The notes under the pieces were generated by a model that was not told where the DNA came from, searched no databases, and was given only the letters and a program-made list of their open reading frames with translations. DNA of 63,605 bases, the filler included, from Octopus bimaculoides (taxonomy: Eukaryota): the NCBI RefSeq assembly GCF_001194135.2. It is 8 parts of 7 records of this genome, joined end to end, with 100 filler letters (N's around TTAATTAATTAA, not from the genome) between each part and the next. Parts side by side here need not be neighbours in the genome. Positions count along the whole stretch, not along the records: positions 59,121 to 62,417 come from NC_068982.1; positions 62,518 to 63,605 come from NW_026300379.1; 6 more parts are not named here. One strand, written 5' to 3'. Positions 61,386-63,605 of the stretch are shown one piece after another (position 1 is the first letter of the stretch; every line of letters begins with the position of its first letter). Made by a program: the position numbers and the translations under genes.

Positions 61386-62001
61386 AGAAAGAAACTCTGT
61401 GTGTGAGTGTGTGTTTATTTAGTTTTTACAAGGAAAATGTTATCAATAAAACTTAATTTACATCTACTCTAATGAAAAGTATTGAGTTATCCTTGTGTTT
61501 AAAGTTAAAATGTTTTATATAAAACTTTTATATAAACACTCCAAAGTAGGTGATTAGGAAAATTCATAATTAAATATTCAAAAATACTTAATTACAAACC
61601 GGTTTCACTTCTTATGATGAAAGATATTCATTGCAATGCATGAGTGTAATCGCTAACTACTAGCTTTAATTTAATATATGGTGTATCTACCGGAAGTAGA
61701 CACACTATATTATATATTATATTAAGTATGTACTTTCAAGTGCTTTAAAATGCATTCTGAAAAGATCATAATGTGAAAATATACATTGGAATACGTAATC
61801 TTGAAATGATTTGCTTGTGGTAATGTATTTTGGGCATGGTGTGATAATTTGGAATATAAAATAATGTATTTTGAAATAATTTGAATGTGATAATCTATTT
61901 TTGAATATATATTAGAGTATTTTGAAGATGTAATGATAAACTCTAGAAATAACTTACTATTCTAAAGGACAAGTGCATTTTCTTTTCTTTCGCAAATAAA
62001 T

Positions 62002-62051
<50 letters not shown>

Positions 62052-62102
62052 TATTGAGTGAGAGAGTAGTGCATGTCATCAAAGTAGCATTATTATTATT
62101 AA

Positions 62103-62391
62103 CCCATTACCTCCCATAATTCTATTAACTGGAATTTTTTTATGAAACTTTCATTCTAGCATAAAACAGCCTTAGAAACACGCTGGATTGATCAAAATAA
62201 CATTTCAAAATAACATTTTAAATAGAAATAAGCGAGATATTGGGTGAAAAATTAGCAAGCCTAATTTGAATATCAAAGAAATATACCTAGTAGATATAGC
62301 AAAAAGGTTAGATATGTGTAAATATTGACAGATAATTACGAAATTTATAATTTTTAAGTGATCTCATATGAGATCACTGGTAGGTAATGAG
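62103..62391. mobile_element. piggyBac-like MITE, about 290 bp, TTAA target sites
   Basis: TTAA|CCCATTACCTCCC ... GGTAGGTAATGAG|TTAA (TIR 11/13). Internal palindrome AGTGATCTCATATGAGATCACT at 62357-62378. Confidence 0.7.
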
Positions 62392-62811
62392 TTAAGACAA
62401 TGAGCTGGGAGAATCGTNNNNNNNNNNNNNNNNNNNNNNNNNNNNNNNNNNNNNNNNNNNNTTAATTAATTAANNNNNNNNNNNNNNNNNNNNNNNNNNN
62501 NNNNNNNNNNNNNNNNNTATATATATATACATATATATGTATATATATATACGTACATATACATATGCATACATATATATACATACATATACAGATAGAT
62601 AGATTGATAAATAGATTGATAGATAGACAGACATGTAGTTTAATAGAGAGAGAGGGTGGAAAGAGAGAAATAGAGAGAGGGGGTAGAGAAAGAGGGGTGG
62701 GACTTATAAAACTATGCGGAAATGAAATTATTCGAGTATCAATGCCGATATATTGATTCCTGACGTCAGATTACAAAGAGACATTTAAAATCTCAACCAA
62801 AAGACAACATA

Positions 62812-62848
<37 letters not shown>

Positions 62849-63199
62849 GTTGTAGTTTTTTTTGTTGTTTTTTTTTTTTTTTTTTTTGTTTGGCAGAGAA
62901 AGTGGTCGTTGGGAATCTGGAGTAATTATATTTAAAATGTAGACAATTTTCGAAGCACTAAATTTATGAAGAGAAATAGGGAAAAAATATTACTTCGGTT
63001 GTCATTTATTAAATCAGGGGAGAATAAATTTGAGAATTTAGTGGATGAAGTTCAAAGTTGATTTTATTATAGATTGCTTTAATTTCGAGGATTAAATCTT
63101 AATCTAATTTAAGTAGCTAATTTTGACCAGCCTAATTTTGTATTCACATAAATAAAAGTTATACAATTTAAGGAGTTGGTAAGGATGAGAATGACGGAA

Positions 63200-63563
63200 T
63201 TTTAATATATATACATATATATAAAATGTATAAATATATATATTTATGTATACTTATATAATATATACTTATATATGTAAAATATGTCTATATATATACA
63301 AATATATTCATAGATATATATATATACATATATATTATATATATATATATTGGATGTATATATATATATGTATAGTAATATATTGCATATTTATATTATA
63401 TGTATATAATCATTTATATATAATCTATACATATATACATACACACATGATGATACATGTGTGTATATGTGGGTGTCTCTGTGTGTATGTACACGTATAT
63501 GTGTGCGTGTGTATGAGCATACATGTATATACGTATATATGTATGCATGAAGGTTTCTATATT

Positions 63564-63605
<42 letters not shown>
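63200..63605. repeat. (TA)n/(TATG)n/(TG)n low-complexity tract
   Basis: Seen directly. Similar tracts occur at 1-70 and at most gap edges. Confidence 0.95.

Noticed and set aside
61590-61640. Hammerhead-like relic ending GAAACCGGUU on the minus strand
   Set aside because: The core has at least two substitutions and stem II is poor. It is at most a dead relic and too weak to list as a feature.
18301-62473. TTAATTAATTAA islands inside N runs (18301, 27694, 39155, 47950, 52962, 59065, 62462)
   Set aside because: Where counted, each is 44 N + 12 nt + 44 N = 100 bp, and the 12-mer has stops in all six frames. This is an artificial scaffolding spacer, not a biological motif.

Overview
AT-rich, heavily gapped animal draft genome sequence. 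The repeat families, microsatellite load and gene structure point to an octopus (inference from family resemblance). There is one confident protein-coding element: a 1.17 kb terminal exon (42631-43802, +) encoding the transmembrane helix, juxtamembrane region and a complete MuSK/Nrk-type receptor tyrosine kinase domain. No upstream ectodomain exon was recognisable in the preceding 42 kb. The rest is a dense fossil record of mobile DNA: RTE, CR1-like and restriction-like-endonuclease (R4/Dong-type) LINE relics, Penelope-like elements (PLEs), Tc1, mariner and maT transposase relics, several MITE/foldback elements, at least four tRNA-derived SINE families, and satellites. The most interesting signal is not in the ORF track. 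About a dozen type I hammerhead ribozyme motifs from several sequence families can be folded by eye, five with an intact catalytic core and credible stems. One family couples a tRNA-like Pol III promoter to the hammerhead inside a Penelope terminal repeat and has target-site duplications. In two places an inversion junction lies within about 10 nt of the predicted ribozyme cleavage site. All coordinates, pairings and translations were done by hand, no database search was run, and relic boundaries are approximate.
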